This document shows positions 1 to 12,600 of a stretch of 64,000 nucleotides of DNA, in pieces. The notes under the pieces were generated by a model, which did no database searches, had not been told where the DNA came from, and saw nothing but the letters and a program-made list of their open reading frames with translations. Each line of letters starts with the position of its first letter. Positions within the stretch are counted from its first letter, which is position 1. This stretch comes from Chiloscyllium plagiosum. Its lineage: Eukaryota. A program made the translations under genes and the position numbers. The stretch is taken from assembly GCF_004010195.1 (NCBI RefSeq), contig NC_057759.1:7893022-7957021 (forward strand). Reading direction: 5' to 3'.

Positions 1-270
1 TTTTTCCCTGGGTACAAGAGAGTGTTGCAAGGGGACATAAATTTAAGGTGAAGGGTGGAAGGTATGGGGGGGGGAGATGTCAGGGGTGGGTTCTTTACCC
101 AGAGAGTGGTGGGGGCATGGAATGCGCTGCCTGTGGGAGTGGCAGAGTCAGAATCTTTGGTGACCTGTAAGCGGCAATTGGGTAGGTGCTTAAGCTAGGA
201 CAAATGTTCGGCACAACATCGTGGGCCGAAGGGCCTGTTCTGTGCTGTATTGTTCTATGTTCTATGTTCT
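1..270 (+). mobile_element. CR1/HER1 LINE 3' end
   Basis: [17 protein letters not shown]2 terminus, GGGCCGAAGGGCCTGT 3' motif, (TTCTATG)n tail. Confidence 0.9.
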
Positions 271-862
271 AAAAGAATGGAGGCTTCTGTCAGTATAGGC
301 AGGCTGGGAGTTCAGGGGTTGTCAAAAGTCTGATAACAGCAGGAAAGAAGCTGTTCTTGAATCAGTTCGTCCATGTAGTTAAACATTAGTATCTGGGTTG
401 GGGTCCTTGATTGTGTTGGCTGTTTTCCCAAAGCCGTGGGAAGTAAAGGCAGAATCAATGGATAGAAGGCTGGTTTAAGTGATGGATTGGGCTGCATTCG
501 CAATTTTCTGTAATTTCTTGCAGTCTTGGGCAGAGCAGTTGCCATGCATGCTGTGGTGCATTCTGATAGGATGCTATCTATGGTGCATTTGTAAAAATTG
601 GTAAGAGTCATTGAGGACATGCCAAATTTCCTTCGGCTTCTGAGGAAGTAGAGGCATTGGTATGCTTTCTGGACTGTAGCATCGATTCAAATGGACCAGA
701 ATAGATCGTTGGTGATAATTACTCCTAGGAACTTGTAGTTCTCGACCATCTCCATCTCAGCACCATTGATATAGATAGGGACATGACCGCCCCCCCCCCC
801 CCCTCACTATACTTCCTGAAGTTGATTACCACCTCCTTTGTTTTGTTTACATTGAGGGAGAG

Positions 863-1077
863 TCGAGAGTGTGGTGCTGGAAAAGCACAGTAGGTCAGGC
901 CGAAGCCGAGGAGCAGGAGAATCGACGTTTCGGGCATAAGCCCTTCATCAGGAGTTGAGCGGAGAATCCGGAAATGGCAATTCTCCTGTTCCTCTGATGC
1001 TGCCTGATATGTGCTTTTCCAGCACCACACTCTTGACTCTGATCTACAGTATCTGCAGTCGTCACTTTCTTTTACTG
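863..1077. mobile_element. Penelope-like (family 1) inverted-repeat insert A
   Basis: Two inverted arms (GTGTGGTGCTGGAAAAGCAC / GTGCTTTTCCAGCACCACAC); TSD ACATTGAGGGAGAG at 849-862 and 1078-1091. Confidence 0.8.
919..953 (-). ncRNA. Minimal type I hammerhead ribozyme motif (PLE type), core intact
   Basis: Reverse complement reads tcCTGATGA-a-GGGC-ttat-GCCC-GAAAC-GTC-gattc; helix I is short and imperfect. Confidence 0.7.
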
Positions 1078-1289
1078 ACATTGAGGGAGAGATTGTCGTC
1101 TTTATACAGTGCCACTAAGTTCTCTGCCTTTTCTTCTGTCCTCTTTTCCATCTATGTGTGGAGCCATAGGCTGTGGTGGGATCCTAAACACATATATCTC
1201 GTCAGTATTTGCTATGGAACAAGTCATGGAAGCTAGAGATCTACCATGGGGAAAAGATTCTCATGATCTGCACTATATATGTCTCTCTT

Positions 1290-3170
1290 GATTTTGTATG
1301 TTTCAGTCAGTTCCTGCTCCCGCTCACCCACCCCTCCTCCACCTCTCCGCCAACTATTTCTGCTCCAGGGACAATATGCTCAGACTTTCCAATCTCTCAA
1401 AACTAAGACCTTTCATCTCTTTTAACATTTTGAATCTCCTTCTGCACCGTCTACAGTACAGTCATATCCTTCCATTAGTGTGGCAACCAGAAGTGCACAC
1501 ATTAGTGTGGCCTAACCAGTTGTAACAAGACTTGCCTGCTTCGATGTTCACCATCCTGGCTAATGAAGGCAAACATCCCATCTTATATCCACCTACCTGT
1601 GCTGACACTTTCAGGAATCTGTGGACTTGTACACCAATGTCTCTTAGTTCCTCATTACCCCCTAGAAACTTACCATTCATTGTGTGTGATTTTCCCTAAT
1701 TAGACCTCCCAAAAGGCATCACTTACCAGGATTAAATTCCATCTGCCCTTTCTCTGCCCAATTTACCAATTGGTCAATATCACGCTGTAACCTGAGACCG
1801 TACTCCTCATGATGTGCAAACTTAGTAATTATATCTTCTGAAGTCACATCAAAGTTGTCGATGACAAACAGCTAGGGTACAAGCACTAATTTATGTGGAA
1901 CACCACTGTGGGTGGCACGGTGGCACGGTGGTTAGCACTGCTGCCTCACAGCGCCAGAGACCCGGTGGTTAGCACTGCTGCCTCACAGCGCCAGAGACCC
2001 GGGTTCAATTCCTACCTCAGTCGACTGACTGTGTGGAGTTTGCACGTTCTCCCCGTGTCTCCGTGTGGTTTCCTCCGGGTGCTCCGGTTTCCTCCCACAG
2101 TCCAAAGATGTGCAGCTCGGGTGAATTGGCCATGCTAAATTGCCCGTAGTGTTAGGTAAGGGGTAAATGTAGGGGTATGGGTGGTGCACTTCGGCGGGTA
2201 GGTGTGGACTTGTTGGGCCGAAGGGCCTGTTTCCACACTGTAATGTAATGTAATGTAATCTAAATGGTCGCAGGCTTTTAGTTTCAAAACCAACCCTTCG
2301 CCATCACCCTATGCTTCATGTTTACAGGCAGTTTTGGATCCAGTTGGCCAACTTTCCTTGGATCCCATGGGGCTCATACCTTTTGGACTAGCCTGCCATG
2401 GGGGAACCTTGCCATGTGGACACATTTGGAATACTGCATATAATTCTGGTCGAAACATTACCAAAAGGATGTGGATGCTTTGGCAAAAGTGCAGAGACGG
2501 TTCACCAGGATGTTGCCTGGTATGGAGGGCACTCGCTATGAAGAGAGGTTGAGTAGATTAAGACTATTTTCATTAGAAAGTCAAAGGTTGAGGGGGACCT
2601 GATTGAGATATATAAAATCATGAAATGTATACACAGGGTGGATAACAAGAAGCTTTTTCCCATAGTGCGGACTCAATTACTGGGAGTCATGAGTTCAAGG
2701 CGAAAAGTTTAAGGGAGGTATGCGTGAAAAGTTCTTTATGTAGAGGGTGGTGGATGCCTGGAACATGTTGTCAGCAGATGTGGAAGAGGCGTGCATGATA
2801 GTGACATTTAAGATGTATTTAGACAGATTCATGAATGGGCAGGAAACAAAGGGATATAGTTCCATAGAAAGTAGGTGACAGGTTTGGATAGAGTATCTTG
2901 ATCGGCACAGGCTTGAAAGGCTGAAGGGCCTGTTCCTGTGTTGTAATTTTCTTTTGTTCTTTGTTAAAGGCCTTACTGAAGGCCATGTAACCCACATCAA
3001 CTGCACTGCCCTCGTCAATGTATTGAGTGACCTTTCCAAAAGTATACTCAATTAAAATAGACAGGATCTCCCTCCAACAAACCTATGCTGCCTATCCCTG
3101 ATTAATATCTGCTTATCCAAGTGTTGATTAATCCTGTCCCTCAGAATTGGTCCAATGATTTCCCTACCAA
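1290..3170 (-). mobile_element. Older CR1 ORF2 fragment interrupted by an HE1 SINE and a + strand CR1 3' piece (about 2415-2960)
   Basis: Minus-strand peptides RDIGVQVHRFLKV and LIRDRQHRFVGGRSC; + strand 3' end with GAAGGGCCTGTT. Confidence 0.7.
1911..2263 (+). mobile_element. HE1-type tRNA-derived SINE with internal 37-bp tandem duplication
   Basis: A-box TGGCACGGTGG, B-box GGTTCAATTCC, CR1-like tail GGGCCGAAGGGCCTGTTTCC, (TGTAA)n. Confidence 0.9.
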
Positions 3171-3586
3171 AGGGGAGGAGGGAAATCTTTCCACTTTCTA
3201 AAATTGTCAGATCTGGTGTTGTCTTTACCTTTGCTTGCACCATGTCAACATAGTTTCTGTTGTAGGATGCTCATTCTCCAGTTCACTTGAAGACAACTTT
3301 AACTTCTCTTAACTCACAATGCTCCTGGCAAAACCCATGCACTTCTTCCCTGAACATGCCTCTTTTGATGGGTTCTTAGCCACTTTCTTTACTCCGCTTT
3401 CTTATTTTTGAAGTGTCTTTGGGTGTTTCTTTCTCTGAATGGTAGATATACTTGTGCTGTTTTGTTGTTTTGCTGTTTCACTTGTCTAATGACTTCACTT
3501 ACGACTGCTTCTAATTTGTTGTTCAGGCTCCAACTATGTTAAATTATATTTGATATTTTTAACTGTGCAAACTTTGATTTTTACAG

Positions 3587-3682
3587 GGTGCATCAGCTGA
3601 TAGGAGTCAATGGCGAGAACCCACTAGGACACACGATGGTTTATGTTCATTGTATGAGGCAGCTCTGTGCCTCTTTGAAGAG
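3587..3682 (+). CDS. HERC1: HERC1 exon W1 (96 nt)
   Basis: ttacag|GGT...GAAGAG|gtttgt; [32 protein letters not shown]. Confidence 0.9.
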
Positions 3683-6600
3683 GTTTGTAGGAAATTTCCT
3701 TTGGTTATTCATAATTTTGAAACAATGTTTTATGCTTAAAGTACTTATTTTGAAAAATAAGCACACCTGCATTTCATAAAGCACTTTCCCATGCCTTCAG
3801 CATGTTGACATATCCATCAAATTGCTTTTGCAGTATAGATTCAGTTAAAGCAAGGATATTAGTTTGGAATAGAGGTGCAAGTATTTTTCTTAATTTTTTC
3901 CTGCTTTGTGAGTGTGTGTACATGCGTGCTGTATTTTTCGAGCATTGAGATTAGCCATGTGACCATTTGTAGTTTGTAATTTGGAATTATGAAGCTTGAA
4001 ATTAATGACTTTCCTTAACTCTTTGTTCATAGGTTTGTCGAATGGCTTCTGACTACTCCAGAACATGTGCTAGCCCTGATAGCTTACAGAACGGAGATGC
4101 TCCTGTGGTGTCAGAAACATGTGAAGTATATGTTTGGGGTAGTAACAGCAGTCATCAACTAGTTGAGGGGACACAGGAAAAAATTCTGCAGCCAAAATTA
4201 GCTTCCAGTTTTGCTGATGCTCAAACAGTAAGCATAATATTTATGCAATTCCATTTTATGCTTTCTCAACTTGATATATTTTTGTAATGATAGATGTGCT
4301 TTGTAAAACTGCGAGGAAACTAGCAGCTGTCTATAGGTATAGCTCCTGTTTCTATTAGAGATCAGTGAACTTAACCACATTGCATGTGCTTTAGTGGTTG
4401 GGATATCTAGAAGAAAATGTGATTGTATGAAAAAAAAAGTAAAAACATTTCACAAGCCAGTTGTTTTACATAGGTTTTGATATTAAGTTACTTAATTCAA
4501 ATTATTTTATGGCCACACTGCTGCTGCAGTCATTGGTGATGTTTCATGTGATATTCATTACCTCCTTTGCTGAAATGCAGTCTTTAATATCTGCAGATAT
4601 TAAATTCATAATCACCATAATTCATTTCTTAATGACAAGTTATAGCTGCAAGTAGAGTTTAAGAGCAGGTACCTATTGCCAGAAATATGTAAAATGTTGG
4701 TTAGACCACTGTTAGAGTGTTATGTGCAGTTCTGGAATACATATTGCAGAAGCGATTTGACTATACTGGAAAGGGTGCAGAAGAGATTTACTAGAATCTG
4801 GGTTACCACATTTTAGTTAGGAAGGGAGATTGGATAGACTGGGGTTGCTTTCCTTGGAACAGTGCAGACTGATCTGATTGAGTTATATAAAATTTTTGGG
4901 GGGATGGTAAAAAGAACCTTTTTCCCTTGACAGAGAGCTCAATGACGTGGACCTTAGAGTTAATGTAAAGGGTGTGAGGTTTAGAGGGATTGTGAAGAAA
5001 CATGTTTTCATTTAGATGGTGGTGGGAACCTGGAATAAACTGCCTGCATGGGTGATAGAGGGAGAAACTGCCATAACATTAAAATTTACTTAGATGTGCA
5101 ATTCTGATAATGCCAATAGCATTAACAGTGTTTGGATCAATGAGTTGTTCCTGAAATGGATTCATGACAGCGACAGTAGACTTTGAACTGGTGCGGTACC
5201 CAGTGGCATCGGCAGTGTTTGCATTGGCAAGATCCATCGAGGAACTATAGATCGGTGAGCCTGATGTTGGTGTGGGCACGTTGTTGAAGAGAATCCTGAG
5301 GGACAGGATTGGAATGTATTTGGAAAGGCAAGGACTGATTAGGGATAGTCAACATGGCTTTGTGTGTGCAAAATCATGTCTCATGAACTTGATTGAGTTT
5401 TTTGAAAAAGTAACAAAGTGGGACAAATGAAGGCAGAGCAGTGAATGTGATCTAGATGGACTTCGGTAAAGCATTCGGCAAGGCTGTCCATGGGAGACTG
5501 GTTAGCAAGTTTAGATCTCATTGAATACAGGGAGAACTAGCCATTCGGATACAGAACTGGCTCAAAGGTAGAAGACAGAGGGTGGTGGTGGAGGTTGATT
5601 TTTCAGACTGGAGGCCTGTGACCAATGGAGTGCCACAAGATTCGGTGCTAGGTCCACTACTTTTTGTCATTTATATAAATGATTTGGATGCGAGCATAAG
5701 AGGTACAGTTAGTAAGTTTGCGGATGACACGAAAATTGGAAGTGTAATGGACAGCGAAGAAGTTATCTTGGATAACAATGGGATCTTGATCAGATGGGCC
5801 AATTGGCTGAGAAGTGGCAGATGGAGTTTAATTATGATAAATGTGAGATGTTGCATTTTGGGAGAGCAAATCTTTGTAGGACTCATATGCTTAATGGTAA
5901 GGTCCTAGGGATTGTTGCTGAACAGAGACCTTGGAGTACAGGTTCATAGTTCCTTGGAAGTAGAGTCACAGGATAGTGAAGAAGGCATTTGGTATGCTTT
6001 TCTTTATTGGTCAGAGTATTGAGTACAGGAGTTGGGAGGTCGTGTTACGGCTGTACAGGATGTTGTTGGGCCACTTCTGGAATATTGTGTGCGCAACTCT
6101 GGTTCTGAGCTGTAAATCTCTATGACTCTGTAGCCAAACAAGAATTGTGTATTGAATGTGGTCTTTGTAACATATGAAATGTTCCTCCTATCCGGAAGAT
6201 GTTGTGAACCTTGAAAGGGTTCAGAAAAGATTTATAAGGATGTTGCCAAGGTTAGAAGATTTGAGCTATAGGGAGAGGCTGAATAGGCTGGGGCTATTTT
6301 CCCTGGAGCGTTGAAGGCTGAGGAGTGACCTCATAGAGATTTATAAAATCATGAGGGACATGGATAAGTCTTTTCCCTGAGGTTAGGGTGAGAGGGGAAA
6401 GATAATAACAGGCAACCTTTTCACACAGGGTGGTACGTATATGGAAAGAACTGCCAGAGGAAGTGGTGGAGGCTAGTACAATTGCAACATTTAAAAGGCA
6501 TCTGGATGGGTATTTGAATAGGAAGGGTTGAGAGGGATATGGGCCAGTGCTGGCAAATGGGTCTAGGTTAGGTTGGAATATCTGGTTGGCATGGATGAGT

Positions 6601-9600
6601 TGGCCTGAAGGGTCTGTTTTTGCGCTGTACATCTTATGCCTCATAGTGTTGAGTTCGTCAGCAAAGAGGAGCTCATTCTGAAGAATGGCGACCATTTACT
6701 CTGGCAGCGTAGCAGAGAGGCCTTCTACATGGCCGATGACGGGACCACTTTAGAAGGACTGTGAAGTTGAACGCATTTTCTTTATTTCTTCATTTTTCTG
6801 CCTTGGTGCTGTATACTGTTATGTGTTTTAGGATGGTGTTGGAGAGTGGCGACATTCTACATCACTTTTCACTGTATTTTGTAACAAATTACATGTGATT
6901 ATAAATCAGTTAAATCAAGGTATATAAGACTATGAGCCAGATGTTTGAAATTGTGATTACAATTGGTGGTTGCTTTTGAATGATGCCGACTCAGTGGGCT
7001 GAAGAGCATTTTTCTGAGCTGTAAATCTCTATGACTCTATCGCCAAACAAGAATTGTGTATTGAATGTAGTCTTTGTAACACATGAAATGTTCCTTATTG
7101 CAGGTCACTTACATGGAAATTACGTTGTGCTGATGAAATAATTCATTTTCATGTCAGCTAATTTATGTATTTACCCTTCCTAGCAATATTTTGGTAAAAT
7201 ATTTGGCTGTCTTGTTGTGAGAATGCATAGAATATTAAGAACTTTAATTTAATAAGTAAGGAGGCATGGGATACAGAGAAATCTGGCTATCTGGATACAA
7301 AATTAGCTGGCGCATAGAAGACAGAGTGATGGAAACCAGTGGTGTTCTGCTGGGATCAGTTTGGGACCTCTGTCCTTTGTGATTTTCATAAATGACTTAG
7401 ATGAGGAAGTGGAAGAGTGGGTTGGTAAGTTTGCCGATGACATGAAGGTTGGTGGATTTGTGGGTGTATGGAGGGCTGTTGAATGTTGCAACAGAGCATT
7501 GACAGGATGGAGAACTGGGCAGCTAAGTGATAGTTGGAGTTCAACCTGGAACAGTGTGAAGTCATTCACTCTGGAAGGTCAAATTTGAATGCAGAATACA
7601 GGGTTAAAGGCAGGATTTGTGGCAGTGTGGAGGATCAGAGGGATCTTGGGGTCCATGTCCATAGATCCATCAAAGTTGCCACCCAAATTGAAAGGATTGT
7701 TAAGAAGGTGTATGGTGTGTTGCCTTTCATTAGCAGTGGGATTGAGTTCAAGAGCTACGAGGTTATGCTGCAACTCTATAGAGCCCTGGTAAGACCACAC
7801 TTGAGATATTGTGTTCAGTTCTGATTGGCTCATTATTGGAAAGATGTGGAAGTTTTAAAGAGGGTGCAGAGGAGATTTACCAGGATGCTGCCTCGACTGG
7901 AGGGCATATCTAATGAAGAAAGGTTGAGGGAGCTTGGGCTGTTCTCATTGGAGCAAAGAAGAATGAGAGGTGACTTGGTAGAGGTGTATAAGGTGTTGAG
8001 AGGCATAGACAAAGGGCATAGCCAGAGACTTTTTCCCAGAACGGAAAGGTCAAGCATGTGGGGACATAATTTTAAGGTAATTGGAGAAAAGTTTGGTGGA
8101 GATGTCATAAATAGGTTCTTTACACAGAATGGTGGGCGCATGGAATACACTGCGAGCCATGATACTAGATTCAGATACATTAGGGACATGTAAACAACTC
8201 TTGGAAAGGCACATGGAAGGTTGTACAATGAGGGGTATGTAGGTTAGTCTGGTCTTAGAGTAGGATAAAAGCCTGCCACAACATCGAGGGCCAAAGGGTT
8301 TGTACAGTGCTGCACTGTGCTACATTTGTGTTTGTAGCAGCAAATGTATGCAAGCAATGTGGGTCTGAGAAGGTCAATAAAATAAATTGCCAACCTGTGG
8401 TGATCAGGTTGAGGATGAGATATTCAGACATAACACACTAGTACAGCACAGTACAGGCCCTTCAGGCCTTGACATTGTGCCGGCCTTTTATCCTCCTCTA
8501 AGATCAAACTAACCTCCCTGGTGAAGAGTTTATGCTTGAAACGTCAACTCTCCTGCTGCCTGATCTGCTGTGCTTCTCCAGCACCACACGTTTTGACTCT
8601 GATCTCCAGCATCTGCCTATCCAGACACATGAAAAGAAGTGAAAGGAATTGTATTGTAATTTATTTGAATTGTTGATTTAAGTTGACAAATGGGGAATAT
8701 TGAAATGTGAAATAACAGCCCAAAAGAAAAGTAATCTGTTAGCTTAAAATACAAAGACAGATCTGTGATGCCTTCATTGGATGCATGCAGTTGTGGATGA
8801 GGCCCAGCAAGGATTGACCTCATCCTATTTAATTGGATTTGTAGAACAAATCTTGCCTAAGCGCAAACTCAAATCCATTTAATGTTAGAGGCAGTAATAG
8901 TAGAATATTCATGCTGGCTATTAAAACATGATCAAGAAATGATTGATTTAAGAACACAGCAGTGTAAGTAGGCGTTCAGTCCATTGAACCTGTTCCATCA
9001 TACAGTATGTCATACTGATGCACTTTAATGACTTTTACTCACCCCAATCTCAACTTCTGTATGTCACTGATAATCAGAAATCTATCAATCTCTGCTTTTA
9101 AGTATACTTAAAGACTGAGCCTCCACAGCCTTCTGTTGTAGAGAATTTCAAAGATTCACAGTCCTCTGAGGAAAATAATTTCTCCTTATCTCTGACCCAA
9201 AATGAGCATCTTTCTTATTTTTAAATTGTGCCCCTTGGCTCTAGACTTACCAACCAGATGAAACACTTTTACCTGCATCTGCCTTATTCATCCCTGTATT
9301 CTGTAGGTTTCAATGAGATCACCACTCATTCTTTGAAATTGCAGAAAATACAGATACATGTTGTTTTCCATAGGACAGCCCCACCATCCTGGGACCAGTC
9401 TGATGAACCTCTGTGGCATTCCTCTGTGGAAATAATATTTTTCTCAAGCTAAGAAGACTAAAGCTTCTCAGTACTCCAGGTGTAATCTGACCAAGTCCTT
9501 ATACAATTGAAGCAAGAATTCATTATTGCAGTATTCCAATTCTGTAACATAAAGGCAAACATTCCGTTAAGCTCCCTAATAGCTTCTTACACCAGCGTAT

Positions 9601-12600
9601 AGGCTTTCAGTGACTTATTGAGAAAGGCGCCTAGATTCCTTTGTAAACAATACTTTTGAACCTCATGTCATTTAAGAAATAATCTGAATATCTGTTGCTT
9701 CAGCCAAAGTAAATAACCTCCCATCCTTTTCACTCATAATATCCACTTGCCATGTAGTGGCTCTGTCTAATTTCTCCTGAAGCTGCTTTACAGCATCTTC
9801 ATAATGTACAGTCCCAATTGGTATTGATAAATTTGGAAATATTACATTTGGTCCCAACCTGAAAACCATTGATACATATTGTCAATGATCTGGAGGCAGG
9901 TATAGGTGGTCTGATTAGCAGGTTTGCAGATGACACTAAGATTGGCGGAGTGGCAGATAGTGAAGAGGACTGCCAGAGAATGCAGCAGAATATAGACAGA
10001 TTGAAGAGTCGGGTGGAGAAATGGCAGATGGAGTTCAATCCGGGTAAATGTGAGGCGATGCATTTTCAGAGATCCAATTCAAGAGTGAACTATACGGTAA
10101 ATGGAGAAACCCTGGGGAAAATTGTTGAATAGAGAGATCTGGGTGTTCAGGTCCATTGTACTCTGAAGGTCGATAGAGTGGTCAAGAAGGTATACGGCAT
10201 GCTTTCCTTCATTGGACAGGGTATTGAGTTGGCAGGTAATATTACAGGACTTTGGTTTGGCCATATTTGGAATACTGCATATGGTTCTGATCGCCACGTT
10301 ACCAAAAGGATGTGGATGCTTTGGAGAGGGTGCAGAGGAGTTTCACCAGAATGTTGCCTGGTATGGCGGGTGCTAGCTATGAAGAAAGATTGAGTAGATT
10401 TGGGTTATTTTCATTTAGGAAGACAGAGGTTGAAGGTGTCCTGACTGAGGTCTACAAAATCATGAGAGGTAAAGACAGGGTGGATAGCAAGAAGGTTTCT
10501 CCCGGGGTCTCAGGCTGAGAGGGGATAATTTTAAGGGAGATATGTATGGAGTGTTCTTTACGCAGAGGGTGGTGGGTGCCTGGAAGATGTTGCCAGTGGA
10601 GGTGGTAGAGGTGGGCACGATAGCTTCATTTAAGCTGTATTTGGACAGATACATGAATAGGCAGAGAGCAGAGGGATACAGACCCTTAGAAAAAAGGCAA
10701 CCGGTTTAGATAGAGGATCTGGATTGGTGCAGGTCTGGAGAGCCGAAGGGCCAGTAGTTTTTTTTGTTCTTTGTATTGTGAATGGCTGGGCCCACATATT
10801 GATCTGTGGTACTCCACTACTCTCAGCCTGCCAATGTGAGAATGATCTGTTTATTCTGATTATGGCTCACAGACGACAAACAGTCATTAATGCATGCAAC
10901 CTCGTGTGGAGGTTGGCAAGAGGTCAGAGGGGAAGATAAATTTAAAATATGTAAAACCTTAGCTCGTGTGTAGACGGAGTGCACTGACCAGGAGCAGACA
11001 TGGGACTGCTGGGTAAGTGATGGTTTCTGTTTGGGTGGTTACTTTCCCCGAAACACTACTTGGGTGGTGTCTCCCACCCATCTACCTCCTCTAACCAAAA
11101 GAAAGGTTCTGTGCGCCAGATTGGTAAGGTGACGAGTTTCTTTTTTTTTTAGTTTTTCAGTAGTCTCGTTGGGAATTTAGAATAGTGGGAGTGAAGGTTA
11201 GAGCAGTTGCATGTTCCTCCTGCAGAATGTGGGAGGTAAGTGTCACCACTCGTGTCCCTGCTGACTGCATTTGTAGGTGCTGCACCCAACTCCAGGTCCT
11301 GAAAAACAGCATTAGAGAACCGGAGCTGAACCTGGATGAATTTCACATCAGTCGGAAGGCGGAGGGGGTTTTTTGAGAGGAGTTGGAGGGAGGTAGTCAC
11401 ACCTCAGGTAAAAGAAGAAGACAGAGGTTACCATCAGGGGACAGAAGGGGAATCGGCTGGCAGTGCAGGGATCCCCTGTGGCCGTTTCCCTCAACAACAA
11501 GTACACTGTTTTGGATACTGTTAGGGGAGGAACGACTTACCAGGGGTAAGAAATTGCACACAAGTCTTTGGCACAGAGTCTGTCCCTGTTGCTCAGAGTG
11601 GAAAGGAGAAGAGGAGCAGAACATTAGTCATTGGGGACCTCATATTTAGGGGGACAGATAGGAAGTTCTGTGGGAACGAGAGAAAGTCACGGTTGGTGTG
11701 TTGCCTCCCAGGTGCCAGGGTTTGTGAGGTCTCTGATCTTGTTTTCAGGATTCTTGAGGGGGAGGGGGAACAGCCTCAAGTCGTGGACCACATAGGCACC
11801 AACAACATAGGTAAGAAGTGAGATGGGGATTTAAGGCAGAAATTCAGGGTGGAAGCTTAGAGCTAGAACAAACAGAGATGTTATCTCTTGTTTGTTGACC
11901 ATGCCAATGCTAGTGAGGTGAGGAATAGGGAGAGAATAGGATGTTCTGAAAACGTCCATCAGCTCTCCTTTATCAATTTTGTTAGTAACATCTTTAAACA
12001 AATTCCAATAAGTTTGTTAAACATGGTTTCCCATTCACAAATCCATGCTGACCATGGCCAATCAGATCATTATTAACTGGTATCTATAAATAAATAGGTA
12101 TCTATTTACCCTATCCTTTATAATAGATTCCAGCTTTTCTGTACTGCAGTTGTTAAGCTAACAGGTATATTTCTTTTGCTCTCTTCCTCTCTTAAATAGT
12201 GGGGTGACCCAGGAATAATTCAGGAATTATTCCAGAAACTTTAGAGATTTAGAAGATGATCACCATTGCAACAACTACCTCTATAAGTATCTCTTTCAAC
12301 ACTCTGGGATGACTTGCATCAGATCCTGGAGATTTATCGATTTTCAGCCTCATTAATTTTTCCAGTATAATCATCTTGATAACACTCTTTTCCTTTAACT
12401 CCACATTCTCTCACTCACTTGGATCTTTTACTTCTGCGAGTTTTCATACATCACCTTCAGTGAAAACAGAGCAAGTGCAGTTTATTTATTCTCCATCATA
12501 ATTTTTCCTGACTTTACCTTTAATCAAATAACAGTTGTTTATTCCAAATCTTTCCATTTTAATAACTATTTACAGTTTTTTTGATGTTTCCTGGATTGCA

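Larger units (their letters stand above)
300..1130 (-). mobile_element. Rex1/Babar-type LINE RT C-terminal fragment, interrupted by a PLE hairpin insert
   Basis: Minus-strand peptides LSLNVNKTKEVVINFRK and LTNFYKCTIDSILSECTT. Confidence 0.75.

Noticed and set aside
1911..2010. tRNA gene-like A/B boxes and a CRISPR-like 37-bp direct repeat
   Set aside because: SINE head. The repeats are adjacent with no spacer, there are no cas genes, and the context is eukaryotic.
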